Positions 13,967 to 29,041 of a stretch of DNA of 64,000 nucleotides are shown piece by piece. Position 1 is the stretch's first letter, and each line of letters begins with the position of its first letter. The notes beneath the pieces were generated by a model. It searched no databases, was not told the origin of the DNA, and saw nothing but the letters and a program-made list of their open reading frames with translations. This DNA comes from the human T2T-CHM13v2.0 reference genome, Homo sapiens: assembly GCF_009914755.1 (NCBI RefSeq), contig NC_060925.1. The stretch is one strand, 5' to 3'. The translations under genes were made by a program, and so were the position numbers.

Positions 13967-14722
13967 TGATTAATCAGGGTTCTCTACAGGAACAGAACTA
14001 ATAGGACAGATATATACGTATACAGGAGGGTTTATTATGTATTAACTCACAAGATCACAAGGTCCCACAATAGACTGTCTACAAGCTGAGGAGCAAGGAG
14101 AGCCAGATGGAGTCCAAAAACTGAAGAACTGGCCGGGTGTGGTGGCTCACGCCTGTAATCCCAGCACTTTGGGAGGCTGAGGCGGGCAGATCATGAGGTC
14201 AGCAGATCCAGACCATCCTGGCTAACACAGTGAAAACCCATCTCTACTAAAAATACAAAAAAATAGCCGGGCGTGGTGGCTGGAGCCCATAGTCCCAGCT
14301 ACTTGGGAGGCTGAGGCACGAGAATGACATGAACCCGGCGGGGAGCTTGCAGTGAGACGAGATCACGCCACTGCACTCCAGCCTGGGCGACAGAGTGAGA
14401 CTCTGTCTCAAAAAAAAAAAAAAAAAAAAACAAAAAACGAAGAACTTGGAGTCCAATGTTTGAGGGCAGGAACCATCCAGCACCACAGAAAGAGGTAGGC
14501 TAGTAGGCTAGGCCAATCTAGTCTTTTCATGTTTTTCTACCTGCTTTATCTTTGCTGGCAGCTAATTTGCCAGTGCTCACCCAGATTAAGGGTGGGTTTT
14601 CCTTTTACAGAGCACTGACTCAAATGTTAATCTCCTTTGGCAACACCCTCACAGATACACCCAGGATCAATACTTTATATCTTTTAATCCAATCAAGTGG
14701 ACACTCAGTGTTAACCATCACA
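13967..14722 (-). mobile_element. HERV-L 5' LTR (MLT2A), interrupted by AluY
   Basis: tgattaatcagggttctctac ... gtgttaaccatcaca; aligns to 7617-8043 once the Alu is removed. Confidence 0.93.
14131..14432 (+). mobile_element. AluY
   Basis: Dimeric Alu with AluY diagnostics (accatcctggctaacac, gagcttgcagtgag); TSD aaaaactgaagaact (14116-14130) / aaaaacgaagaact (14433-14446). Confidence 0.93.
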
Positions 14723-15824
14723 CTGTTTGCATTAATGAACAAACATTCAAAAAAAAAAAAAACTAACAAAAACTTGCCTTAACTGTTTACCCCCAACTTT
14801 TTAATTTTTGTTGTTTCTATTTATATTTTATTGTACTATGTCTTGAAAAGTTTTTGTAGTTATTACTTTTTACTGGTTCATTGTTTAGTCTTTCTACTTA
14901 GGATAAGAGTAATTTGCCCATCACAGTTACAGTGTTATAATCTTCTGTGTACTTACTATTACCAGTAAGTTTTATACTTTCAGATTATTATTTATTGTGC
15001 ATTAATATCCTATTCTTTCCGATTGAAGTACACCCTTTAACATTTCGTATAAGATGAGTTTGGTATTGATAAAATCCCTTAGCTTCTGTTTGTCTGGAAA
15101 AGTCTGTATTTCTTTTTCATGTTTGATACAGTATATCTTCCCTGGCATACTACTCTAGGGTAAATTTTTTTTTTTCTTCAGCACTTTAATTATGTCATGG
15201 CACTATCTCCTGGACTGTAAGTTTTCCATTGAAAAGTTTGCTGCTAGATGTATTGGAGCTTCATTGCATGTTATTTGTTTCTTTTCTCTTGCTGCTTTTA
15301 GGACCGCTTCTTTATATTTGACTTTTGGGAGTTTACTTATTAAATGCCTTGAGGTCATCTTCTTTTGTTTAAATCTGCTTATTGTTCTATAATTTTCTTG
15401 TACCTTGATATTGATACCTTTCTCTAGGTTAAGTTCTCTGTTATTATCCCTTTGAAAAAACTTTTTACCCTTATCTGTTTCTCTACCTCCTCTGTATGGC
15501 AAATACATCTTAGATTTGCCCTTTTGAGGCTATTTTCTAGATTTATGGGGATCCTTCAATGTTTTTTATTCTTTTATCTCCTCTGAGTGTGTATATTCAA
15601 ATAGGCTGGCTTTAAGCACACTAATTCTTTCTTCTGCTTGATCGATCATAATATTAAAGGATTCCAATGCATTCTTCAGTATTCCTATTGCATTTTTCAG
15701 CTCCAGAATTTCTGCTTGATTTTTAAAAATTATTTCAATCTTTGTTAAATTCATCTGATAGAATTCTGAATTTCTTCTCTGTGTTATCTTAAATTTCTTT
15801 GAGTTTCCTCAACACAGCCATTTT

Positions 15825-16155
<331 letters not shown>

Positions 16156-16924
16156 TAATGCTCTGTCTGGAAGATCACATATTTTTGTTTCTCCAGGATT
16201 GGTCCCTGGTGCCTTATTTAGTTCATTTGGTGAGGTCATGTTTTCTTGAATGGTGTTAATGCTAACATGTTCTTAGTGTCTGGGCATAGAAAAGTTAGGT
16301 ATTTACTGTAGTCTCCACTGTCTGGGATTATTTGTAGCTGTCTTTCTTGCAAAGGCTTTCCAGACATTTGAAAAGACTTGAGTGTTGTGATCTAATCTAT
16401 ATGTGCTTTAGGGGTCCCCCAAGACAAGAACACTATGGCCCTTGTGGATTCGTAGAAGTACCACCTTGATAGTCTTGAACAAGATACGAGAGAATTCTCT
16501 GGATTACCTGACAGAGACTCTTTTTCTCTTTCCTTACCTTCTTCCAAACATGTAGCCTCTATCTCTCTTCTGAGCCACCTAAATATGGGGGTGGAGTGAC
16601 AAAAGCACCCCTGTGGCCACCAACACTATGACTCTGCTGGGTCACAACTGAAGCCAGCACAGTGTCATGTCTCACCCAAGGCGGTAACCACTGCCTGGCT
16701 ACTTCCTATATTTACTCAAGGCTCTGGGGCTCTACTATCAGCAGGTGGCAAAGCCAGACAGGCTTGTGTCTTTATCTTCAAGTCAGCAAAGCTCCCTAAG
16801 CCACATTTGAGTCCAGAAGTGCCATCTGGAAGTCAGGGACTGGAGTCAAAACCTTTAGAAATCTACCTGATATTCTATTGTATTGTGCCTGAGCAGGCAC
16901 TGAAACCACTAGATACAATCCTTC

Positions 16925-17323
16925 TGTGATGGTTAATACTGAGTGTCAACTTGATTGGATTTAAGGATACAAAGTATTGATTCTGCTGTGTCTGTGAGGG
17001 TGTTGCCAAAGGAGATTAACATGTGAGTCAACGGGCTGGGAAAGACAGACCCACCCTTAATATGAGTGGGCACCATCTAATCAGCTGCCAGTGAATATAA
17101 AGCAGGCAGAAATACGTGAAAAGGAGAGACGGGCCTAGCCTCTCAGCCTACTACAAGTTTCTCCCATGCTGGATGCTTCCTGACCTCAAACATTGGACTC
17201 CAAGGTCTTCAGTTTTTGGACTTGGACTGGCTCTCCTTCCTCCTCAGCTTGCAGATACCCTATTTTGGGACCCTGTGTTAATAAGGTCTGTTAACTCCCA
17301 TATATCTTCTGTATTAACTTACA

Positions 17324-17372
<49 letters not shown>

Positions 17373-17458
17373 CACATACACACACACACACATACATACA
17401 CATACACACACACACATACACACACACACACACACACATATATATAGTCCAATCATAT

Positions 17459-17490
<32 letters not shown>

Positions 17491-17533
17491 TCTATTGGTC
17501 TGTCCTTAAGTAGTACTTGCTTATTTTTCCCAC

Positions 17534-17567
<34 letters not shown>

Positions 17568-17736
17568 ATGTATATACACATATAATTAACTTACACTATA
17601 TATATGTGTATATATATGTGTATATATATGTGTGTGTGTATATATATATGTATATATATGTGTGAGTGTATATATATATATATATGTATATATATCTTAT
17701 TAGTTCTGTCCGTCTAAGAGAGCCCTGACTAATACA
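16925..17736 (+). mobile_element. Solo MLT2A (HERV-L) LTR with expanded internal microsatellite
   Basis: tgtgatggttaatactgagtgtcaac ... ccctgactaataca; perfect 5-bp TSD ccttc (16920-16924 / 17737-17741). Confidence 0.93.
17313..17696. repeat. Compound (TA)n/(CA)n/(TG)n microsatellite
   Basis: Visible TA, CA and TG tracts with short unique spacers. Confidence 0.95.
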
Positions 17737-19499
17737 CCTTCCCACTCTTCTGTTTCCTCTCCAAGGCAGAGGAGCCTCACCCCATAGCCACCACCACCAC
17801 TGGCCACAAGGAGTACTGCCAGACTACCAGTGATGTTCTTTTAATGCTCCAAATCTGTTAAGCCAGCTTGTGGTGAATGCTGCCTGGCTTAGGACTCACC
17901 CTTCATGCCCAAGGCAGGTACAGAAATCCCACCCCAAAAGCCTACTTGGCACCCTACCCCACTGTGGTGGTGTTAGTAGCTAAGGTGCAAGACAAAGTCC
18001 CCTTTACTTCTCCCTCTGCTTTTCTCAAACAGAAGGAGTTTTGTCCCATAGCCACCACAGCTGGTAATGTGCAGAGTCTCATCTGAGGCCAGCAAGTCTC
18101 AAAGGATCACTAAGGTCTTCAATGTAGTACCTGGGTATCTCTGTTGGCTATCCAGAGCCCAAGAGCTCTTCAGTTAGAAGGTGATGAAAGCTGAGAAGAC
18201 TGGATTCTCTTCTTTAAAGCAGCAGGTTCCCTTCTGGCCCAGGATGTGTCTAGAAATGTCATCTGGGAGCTAGGGCCTGAAATGGGGGCCTCATGAGTAT
18301 GACCAATGCCCTGTCCTGCTATTGCTGAGCTTGTATCCAAGTTTCAAGACAAAGTCCCCCCCACTCTTCTCTCTCTTATCCTCAAGTAGAAGGAAAGAAT
18401 CTCTTTTGTAGCCATGAGCTATGCAGCCTGAGATTAGGAGAAGGGTGATGCCAGCACTCCCTTGGCTTCCTCAGCTAGTGTCTCAGTATGGAACTTTCCC
18501 CGCTAACCCCCAGTCCACTGTCTCTGGGCCCAGTTCAGCCCCAGGACTCACCTAAAAGTTTCAGTCCTTATAACCTAGGCTGCCTTTCAAGTTTACTGGA
18601 GACCAAGAGCACTTTGGCTGTTGGTGGCAAGGTTTGTGGGCACTCAAGTTCAGTCCACAGGGATTGGCCAGGGCTGGTTTAAATGCTCCCTCTCTGGGCA
18701 GTCATTAGCTAAGTTTGGTCTGGTTTTCCTTTCTGATCTAATAGCATAGCGCTGACTTCAATGCCTCACAATTTCTGTGTTGTCTCTCCCCCAGCACCCA
18801 GAGATGCTCTCCGCACCATGCCTCTACTGTCAGGGGTAGTGGAGGGATGGCGTCAGTGATTAAAGACTGTATTTTCTTATCTCCCCAGTGCCTCTTTCAG
18901 TGATATGAAGTAAAAACCCAGTACTGTGAGTGCTCACCTTATTTTTGGCTCTTATAAAAGGTGTTTTTTTCCGTGTAGATAGTTGTTAACATGGTGTCCT
19001 TGTAGGGGCTACAATCAGTGAAGCTTTCTGTTCCACCATCTTCCTCTGCCTCTGAAACCTCTTTTTTAAAACTTTTGATACCCTGAAGAGTTTCTTTTCA
19101 TAGTCCTTAAATCTTCAGGCCACTCTACACTATTTTTTCAAAATGCTTTTAGTCTAACATAGTGTAATTATAGCAATATGAGGCAAAAGTTCTAAAGATA
19201 ATTTGATCAGTATTTCCATATTATATTCTAAATTAAAAAGGCATTCCAATAATGGGAAAAAGAGCATTAGAATCTGACAGTTTCTGTCTGCTTCATTATG
19301 TTGTTTTACCGGTATGATTGCTGAGAGTTTTTCACCCATTTGAAATATCCCTTTCAAAATCCACAGCTAGCAGTCACAAAATTTGTGTTAGTTATGCTGT
19401 TACTAGATACTAAAAGCACATTTAAAACACATTCCCAGATATATTTACATATCAATTTGACTTCAATAAAAAATGTTTTAACTGCTGATATACATAAAT

Positions 19500-19710
19500 T
19501 CCATCCAGTATTATCTATTTCTTCATAGCACTTTTCAGTATCTGACAGGTGACTGCATGTTTATTTATTACTGCTTGTCTCTGCCACTGGAATGAATGCT
19601 GCATAAAAGCAGGGATTGATCCCTTATTCATTATTGGCTCTCCAGTATGGGGACATAGGACTAGCAATTGGTAGTTCCCCAATAATAATAATTTAAAGAA
19701 TGAATGAATT
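19500..19710 (+). mobile_element. L2 3' end relic
   Basis: ttgtctctgccactggaatgaatgct...agcaggga...gaatgaatgaa, typical L2 tail. Confidence 0.6.
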
Positions 19711-20089
19711 CAGGTCCATTCAGTGAAAAGTAAACCTTTCAGACACTGGATGAATAAGACCTGATCTCTACTCTCACATAATTAAAAAATCAAATGTAGG
19801 AGGTAGAAACATTTAAAACCATATTTCTTTCTATTTAAGAGAAATATATAAACAAAATAACTTTTGAAAGAACCAATAAATTTTGAAAGGAATATAATGA
19901 AAGTTTATTTTTGAGATCAACTGTAAAGAATGCAATTACCACATATATGGAAGAGCATTTCAACAGACGTAATGATAAAATAAAGTCATGGTTTTTTTTT
20001 TTTTGGAAGACAGCTTGGCATGCTGACCTATTGGGAGTGTTATAGCATAAAAACATTTACAAGCATTCCTGCTAGAAAAACAAATTGAA

Positions 20090-20480
20090 ACCAAACTAGC
20101 CAAAGTCTTGAATACTTTGATGAAAAGTTTGGAGGTTTTTTTTGTTTTTTGTTTTTTTGCTGTTGAAACTCTTTGAACAGTAGTATAACTTTATCCAATC
20201 TGTGTTTTGGAAAACTAAACCTGTGGGTGGCAAAATAGATAGATTTGAAGCTGAGGAGGCGATCAACTGGAATACCAGTCTAGAGATCATCGCTATAGTT
20301 TAGCTGAAGATAATGAGAACTGAAATTAGAATACAGACCGTAGAAATGAAGATAAAGAAACAATTTGGAAGTAATATCAAAAGGGATTGTAGACAAATTT
20401 GACATATTTGGTAAAAGAGAAGGAGGAATAAAAAATGTCTCCAGAGTCATAAACAACTGCATAGATGGTAAAACTGAATT
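20090..20480 (-). mobile_element. L2 fragment
   Basis: Degenerate L2-like purine-rich sequence (tgtgttttggaaaact, gagaaggaggaataaaaaatgtctcc). Confidence 0.45.
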
Positions 20481-21154
20481 TAGATCAGAAACTGAAGAGA
20501 ATCAAGTCTTAGTACACTAAATTGATTTTTTTCTCTGCATGTGTATAAGGTAATGCATAGTATATCCTTCCCTAAAATCTCTGATGAGTATCTCTTAAAG
20601 ACTTATCAATTAAAGTCCTCCAAAATTTTAATTTGAATTAATTTTCAGTCTCACAATGATTTCCAGTCAAACTTTTGTTACTGTTACTCTTCATTTCGGT
20701 TCTATTACTTTACTAAGCATACAAAATACTCCATCCTTTTCAGTCTATCATGCAATAAACTTGCACACTACTCTGTATCAGTGAACCCAATGATTAAATT
20801 ACATATCCAGTCAACAAACACTTCGAAATTAGGGACTGTATGCAAGGTACGGTGAATGCTGTGGGGAGGCCTGTAAAAAGATGAATAAGGCAAAGAAGAA
20901 TCAGACTTCCAAGAGAAGTTCCTGGACTCTATCAAGAACTAGGTGAATAAGTCTGTCTTTGTAATGGGGTATACCAGGTATAGTAATCAAGTGTATGTAT
21001 ATGTTTGCATTCTTGCTCCATGTCTACCTGTCGAGCTAATGGCCTGATATCTAAGAACAATATTTCTTTTATTTCTTTTCTGATTCTTCCATCTCACACT
21101 GATATCTCTCAGGTACAGACATAAGCATTTTAATCTATATTATTCTGTCAGTCT

Positions 21155-22055
21155 TTTTTCACTGAAATGATTAATGCGATCATTGTAGATTTACATGCAG
21201 TTGTAAAACATGCTGCAGAGAGATCCCTTGTACATTTTCTCCAGGTTTTCCCAATAATAACATTGTGAAAATCTATAGACTACCATCTCAACCAAGATAT
21301 TGGAACTGAGGCAATCCACCAATCATTTTCAGATTTCTCCAGATTTACTTATACTTATGCATGTGTGGGAGGGTATAATAAGTTCTATACAATTTTATTG
21401 CCTGTAGGTTTTGTATCCCATGAAAATCAAGATACTGAACAGATCCAACACCACAGTGATTTCTCTATTTCTCTTTTATAGCTAGACCCACCCCTCAACA
21501 CTTTCTTCATCCTTGGTCCCCAACCGCTGACAAGTACTACACTGTAATTCATTTCTAAACTATCTTCATTTCAAAAATACTATATAAATAGAAACAAACA
21601 TTATGTAAGATTTTGGAGTTAGCTTTTTTTCCCTCTCAGCCTATCTCTATGGAGATTCTCCCAGTGATGATGTGTAAGAATATTTCATTCCTTTTCTATT
21701 TTTGAGTACTATCCCATGGTGTAAATGTACCACTGTTTGTTTCGCCAATCACTTTTGGAAGTACATGTGGGACAATTCCAGTTTTTGGCTATTGCACACA
21801 AATTAAACTGCTGCAAGTTCTCATACAGATTTTATTTCAACATAAGCTTTCATTTATCTGGAGTAAATGTTTAAAACTTAATTTTCTGGGTACTATGAAA
21901 ATTTTATGTTTGGTTTTATTTTTAAAAACAGCCAAACTGCTTTTTGGTGTGGTTTTACTATTTTACATTGCCACGAGTATTGCATGAGTGATTCAATTTC
22001 TCTGCATCCTTTCCAAAATTTGGTGTTGTCACTATTTTAAATTGTAGCTATTACT
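21155..22055 (-). mobile_element. Old L1 (L1MC-type) 3' end
   Basis: gcagttgtaaaacatgctgcagagagatccc ... ccagtttttggctatt ... tggtgttgtcactattt matches L1MC-class 3'UTR motifs. Confidence 0.75.
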
Positions 22056-22129
22056 TTAACCACATTCCCATCTTCATGTCATATTTTTTGGATAGTCGGA
22101 ATTACTACAAATGCCTTCAATAGCTATTC

Positions 22130-22552
22130 TGACTTTGGTGGACATCATAATTTGCCACCTGGATTAGTCAATTAAGAACTGTTACCCCAACTGTTGGGAT
22201 TGTTATAGGAAACCAGCCAACAAGAGAAATCATACGCCCTCTTGGAGATTGCCTGAGTTGAAGAGATTGCACAAAGTCACATCTTTTCCCAGGGTAATCC
22301 ACATCATTACTGACTGATGAGGGAGTTTATAGATCTTGCCGCCGTGGTCCTACTTGGGGCAACACTGAATGACCACTTTAGTTTCAAAGCTTCCTGTGGA
22401 GTTCCTAAGGGTGTATCTCAAACTGATTTCTCTCTGCCTCTCTTACTTTCTCCTACAATCTTGCACAAGTTTTTGTCTCAAGGATGCTCCTTAATATTCT
22501 GTACACTAGAGTCCATCTCTGTCTCAATTGTCCAGGCAACTCAAACTATAAC
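22130..22552 (+). mobile_element. ERVL LTR (LTR16-like)
   Basis: 3' end ctccttaatattctgtacactagagtccatctctgtctc...caactcaaactataac resembles the LTR16 terminus. Confidence 0.5.
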
Positions 22553-22649
22553 TCTGATACAACTGACCTTTCCACTGTTCATTTTACCTCCTATTCTATT
22601 ATGAACTCCTAGAATCCAATATATATTAGAAATTAGCAGTTGTTTTTCA

Positions 22650-23192
22650 TTTCTGCTGCTTATTCAACTTCTGCTTCTCAATTCCAGACTTACACTCTTA
22701 TACTATTTTTGTAATACTGGCTTAGTGTTAGGGGATACCAGTTGAGGGCTCTAAAGGGACAACGGAATAGTGGAAAGAAAGCAACAGACACACTCTTTTC
22801 CATTTGCTTCCAGTTTCTGTCAATGTCAACATAACATAGCAGTGGCTATTCATTCTGCCAGAAACACTTGATTACAGCAGCAACAATTGGTTGCAGTTTG
22901 CAGTTTGTCCATCATTCCAGAACAAGCCCCATCATGCTCTTCAGAGATACCTGTGCCAGCCACAACTTCTCAGCAGTCTGGATTCCAGCTCCAGAAGGAA
23001 TCTTCTTTTACACTGCATAATTTTAATAACTTCTTCTCTTTATTCTTCTGTGCTAGGAGTGGAAGCTGTTTTCTAAAATTACTAACTCTATGATCCCTCC
23101 GTATTCACATTTGGCCTTTTTCGTTTGCAAGTAGTTAATATTTTGTATAATAATATTCTGCCAGTTTATGCCTCCTGAGATCCTAACTGATA
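22650..23192 (+). mobile_element. ERVL LTR (LTR33-like), degenerate
   Basis: Ends cctcctgagatcctaactgata; internal ttccagctcc motifs; weak similarity only. Confidence 0.4.
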
Positions 23193-24596
23193 GATTATTA
23201 GTTTTTATATAAAAGTTAATAAAGTTCATGAGTTAAAATTATCTGTACAATAAAAAATATTTGAGAAAAATATAAAATAGAAAAAATGCAGCCATAAAAA
23301 CACAATTTTTTTTTCAGTTAATTGAAAAATTTCTTAAGAATTTTATGTTTTAGTTCAATTATATGACTAATAAGTGGTGAATATACCTAATAGATTTTTT
23401 GATTGAGTTATCCATGTATATTTTGACCATATGTGCATATGCCATGAAGGCATATACAGAATAACTTTTGAAAGATTTTAGTGCAAGTGTCTAAGAAGTG
23501 ATGTTTTAAAACTATAAGATCTTGATTTATCAATACTGAATGTTAGAGAATAATATAAATTGGGGAGCTGTGCATTTAAAATCTATGATTACAACTGAAA
23601 ATGAAAATATTTTCTTACTCTAGTGAAAAATCCTACAAACTTACTGTGTGAAAAAACTGTTCTATAAAAGCAGGCTTTAGATACATAAAATTGGAAAGAT
23701 CTAGGAAAATTAATAGAATCTATTACTTGATTTCTTTTATTCAAATGTGTGCCCAGAACCACTATCATGATCCTCTAAATAATCCTTTCAAAACAAAACA
23801 AATAAAAATAGTGTTTTTCCTGATAAAACATAAGATAACTGTAAAACTTATGAAATGTCTGAATTTCTTATTCCAAAACGTACTGCAAAGATTTGGGGCT
23901 ATTGTTTAACCGTTTTATTAACCTTGTGTGTGTTGTAAGGATAATTTGAAGTTAATGTGCATTTCTCCATGAAAATTATTTGAAAACATAACCTTGTGAA
24001 GAATTGTAAGTGATAAATGTAATTTTAATTTTAAAAAGTTTCTGAAATAAGGCAAGATAGATAAGTATATTTTATTCAGAACACATTTTTATATCTAACT
24101 ATATAACTCTCATATATAAACATAGTACCTCACACAGTGAACTCAAATTAATATTTACTGAATTGCTCAATCTATTTATCATGTTTTTGCAAATGTCATC
24201 ATTGCATTTATATTTATTTCTTGAGAAAAAGAATTCTTGTTTAGTTAATCACAGAATTTAAACCACATGCAGTGCTATCTATTTTAGCTCCTTGTTTTCA
24301 CTGAAGTTTTCAGTCCAGATTTGTAGTGAGTGTTAAATTTAATAATTTTTGAAAGAGTGAGAAATTGCAGCAAAAGGAGCAAGATAATTATCTGGAAACA
24401 TAAAACAATCTGTGTTTCTTACTTTTGTTATGCAATGTAAGTACTCTTGGAAATGCAATCTGAGGATACTGTAACAATTTTTAAAATAAGAAAGGAGGAT
24501 AGTGTTAGAATTTAATATATATTGTTGCTATGATTAAACATTTTTCAAAAAACTGAATTTGTTTACCCATTTTTCTGTCTTAAAAATTATCTACTC

Positions 24597-25886
<1,290 letters not shown>

Positions 25887-26440
25887 GTTATCTACTTGGT
25901 GGCAACTTTACCAGTGCTTATAACATTGTATCTCTCAATCTGAACTACTATCCAAAAACTATCAAATGTTTTCAAGTAAACAGAGATTTAGAGTGTTTTA
26001 GCTATTTTAATTAAATGAAAAAATTCTGTAATTTTAGTATTGATATTGATGTTTATTATTGACCACTCTCGATAAAAGATGAAGAGGTGGATACTCCAAT
26101 CTATCAAATAGTTATGACACCAATTTCACTATGGTGAGAATTTATTAAGCTAGCGAATGAATTCAGCTAAATAAAGGAAAACTTAGAATACATTTGTGCA
26201 TATCTGTCTTTAAAAAGATTATTTGACAACTTCTCCTTTGACAGTCCATTGCAATTTGCAGGTGTAAATGAACTAAGGTAATATTTTGCTGCATTATGTC
26301 ATTGTAATCTGTATTTTTTCTTGAAAATAAATTGAGATGCTATTCAATTCTACTTAATTTTCCTTAGTATGTTAATAGGTTATATATGAAAACATGAAAA
26401 TGTATAGATATTAAGGTTTGTTTTCTGATTAAAATAAGTT

Positions 26441-26570
26441 TGGATGCCAGGCATAGTGGTGTGTACCTATAGTCCCAGATACTCTGGAGGCTGAAGCTGG
26501 TAGATCACTTGAGCCCAGGAATTCAAGTTCAATCTGGGCAACATAGAGAGACCCCACCTCTTTAAAAAAG
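26441..26570 (+). mobile_element. Free left Alu monomer (FLAM)
   Basis: Single Alu monomer of about 125 bp ending gagaccccacctctttaaaaaa. Confidence 0.8.
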
Positions 26571-27746
26571 TACAGATTGTTAATTTTATATTTTAAAAAA
26601 ATTCATAAGGGACAAAAATTAAATTTCACAAAATCTTAGAGTCAGTTAGTTTAGGAGAAAGAACCATCCTAAATTCAACCTTTAAATCTTCGATAAGTTG
26701 TAAAATACCTTGCCTAAAAGGACCCTAAGGCAGTCAGAAATGTAAAAGCAGGTAACCAAAGAGCCTCAAAACTCAGCCAACCAATATTTATTTATTTATC
26801 TATATGCCTTTTTACAAGATTAGTCTTCAGATTTTACTTTAAAGCTTCTTAAAAGTATTATTTATTGCAAAAAACTGATCATATTTAAACTTCCCCAACA
26901 GCTTCCTATTGCAGTTAAAATAAAATCCAAAACCCTCATTACATCCTGTAAGACTCTTTATGATTTGTATCCTGTTTAACATTCTGACCCCTCCTCCTTA
27001 TTTTTACAACTCAACCCCTAGTTTGATTGTTTCTAGCCACATTGATAAAAACTACCATAAAACAATTTCCTGCTTTCTGTTTCAGTAGAATGTCACTAAC
27101 AGTTTGCATCAGTCAATTCTTATAAATCAACTTATCCCAATAAATGGTTTGATTATCAGAATAAATAGTATGCTTGTGAGGCATCACTCTAAGACCTTTG
27201 CTTAGTAATGTTCAATAATCTTTAACTACTATTTCACAAATAGTTCTAATACTCTCCTGACTTCAATGACATGTCTTAATCCACATTATTACAGAACCCA
27301 TAACTAATAAATATTGTTCCCTGTCTTGCCAGGTTAAATACATCATTAAAATGAATAAATTAATAATATTAATGTATTTAATTTTGCTTGGCCAACTAAA
27401 CTTTGTGTTGTTATTTATGGGGACATCAAAAGTCCACTGAGACTTCCTTGAGCCTCCCACACAGGTCTCTGTCCATTTGTGATAGTGAGGAAAGTCCAGG
27501 ACTAAGTCTGAGCTCTAATTTCTTTTCTCAGACTCCTGTTTTTTTGTCAAAAACTGAAGATCTTTCTTTTAGGAATTTTTTGATTACGAGCAAATGTGAA
27601 ATAGCTTATCCTTGGTGAAAAACTGCCTTGTTATTAATGACAATCTGTTTCTCCTTTCCCACTCCGTTGGGAATGTATAAAAAGAAGTCCTTGGGAAAAA
27701 AGACAAACCCAGTTTCAATATGTTCATGTCTTTATGCAGATGCAAG

Positions 27747-29041
27747 TGATACAGGGTATTTTCTTGACTCCTTTGAGGGACTCATGACAGGAGTGCCCCA
27801 TTTACTCAGCCTGCCCCACTCAACCTCTCGTAGGAGGGAATGCATGAGTGAATGAGTATGGCAACAGGAGAGAGCCATTGCAGGAACCTGCCAGCAGAGG
27901 CAAACTCCATTCACTCTGGGCCAGCATGCTCCACCCCTTGAGTGTGTAGAAAGGCGAGTGCAGGAAGCAGTCAACTTATTCAGTGTTGGCAGGAGCAAAC
28001 TCTGTGTAGGCCCTGTGGCAGGGTTCAAGAGGGGACAAGTGTAACCATAGGCAGAGAGAAGACCCAGAGTGTGTAGCTCCTATCTGTAGGCAGGTTGTCC
28101 TGATGAGTTTCCACCTCTCAGCAAAGAGGAGACCCATAGTGGGTAGCTCTTTTTTTTTTGCAGGCAGGTTGTCCCAACAAGTGTCCAGCTTTCTCAGTGG
28201 ACAGAAAGCCCGTAGCATGTAGCTGCTTTCTTCAGCCAAGTCATCTCAACAAGTATGTGAGTCTAGCTGAGTATGGGTTTTTTATGTGCTTAGAATGGAG
28301 GAAGTGCTTGCTAATTGGTTCATGGGTGACCACAGACAGGCCTGGAAAAAGCACCATCCAATTGGCTGAATGGTCATTAATGAAGTTCTCAGTATGGGCT
28401 GCAGACTTCATCTGGAACTGGCAGCCCAGCCCCCCAGCCTTCAGGCTGTATCTGGATTGAAGATGAGGTTTTACCAGAGACCTGCTCCTTTCCACCTAAG
28501 AACCTGTCTGCGTTTAACGTGCTGTCCATGGTGCCCAGGCTGTCTCCACTGAGAGGCATCTGCAGCCCTGAGCCAGGCCACCTCAATGCCCTGGGGCCTC
28601 CTCCTGTGCTCATGTGGCACCCAAAGTCTGAAGGGGGCTGAGGTTGCAGGGGACTGTTGTGGCAGCGCTGCCTTGAGCACATGCACACCTGGCTGAGTTG
28701 TGGCAGCACCTAGGCTTCGCCACAACTTTGCTCTACCCCAGAGTGGGCACTAGGAGCAGAGAGAGGTCAGGAGCAGGAGCAAACATTTTCAAGCCTGTGG
28801 GGGCAGAGTTTTTCCTGGGTCCCCCAAGAACACAGGGATGCTGGTGTCTGGAGCCGTGGCTGTGTGGCTGAGGCTATACCTAGGAGTGCAGGCTCCTGCC
28901 CTGCCAACCCAGTAAGGGGTGGGGCTCTTACCTGTACTTGGCTCCCACCAGCTCTGTGGAGCGCTCAGCCCCAGCTGTGCCTTCCGTGCTGCAGCCAGCA
29001 TCCTCACAAAGGCATCTCCAGAAGGGCCATCACTGCCATCA
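27747..29041 (-). mobile_element. MER52-like ERV1 solo LTR
   Basis: GC-richer 1.3-kb block bounded by tgatacagg ... cactgccatca; the minus strand starts tgatggcagtgatggccc, like the MER52 5' end. Confidence 0.8.

Larger units (their letters stand above)
7617..14722 (-). mobile_element. HERV-L provirus, near full length (LTR-gag-pro-pol-dUTPase-LTR, no env)
   Basis: Two same-orientation MLT2A LTRs; PBS-like gattttgttaccaggagtggttctag next to the 5' LTR; purine tract aaggggtagaac next to the 3' LTR; internal region about 5.6 kb after removing the L1 insert; degenerate 5-bp TSD gtatt/ctgtt. Confidence 0.95.

Noticed and set aside
17116-17579. ORFs with YI/HT/CV repeats
   Set aside because: Translations of dinucleotide microsatellites.
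17985-18365. Repeated caagacaaagtccc motif
   Set aside because: Lies within the L1 5'UTR and most likely reflects the element's own internal repeats.
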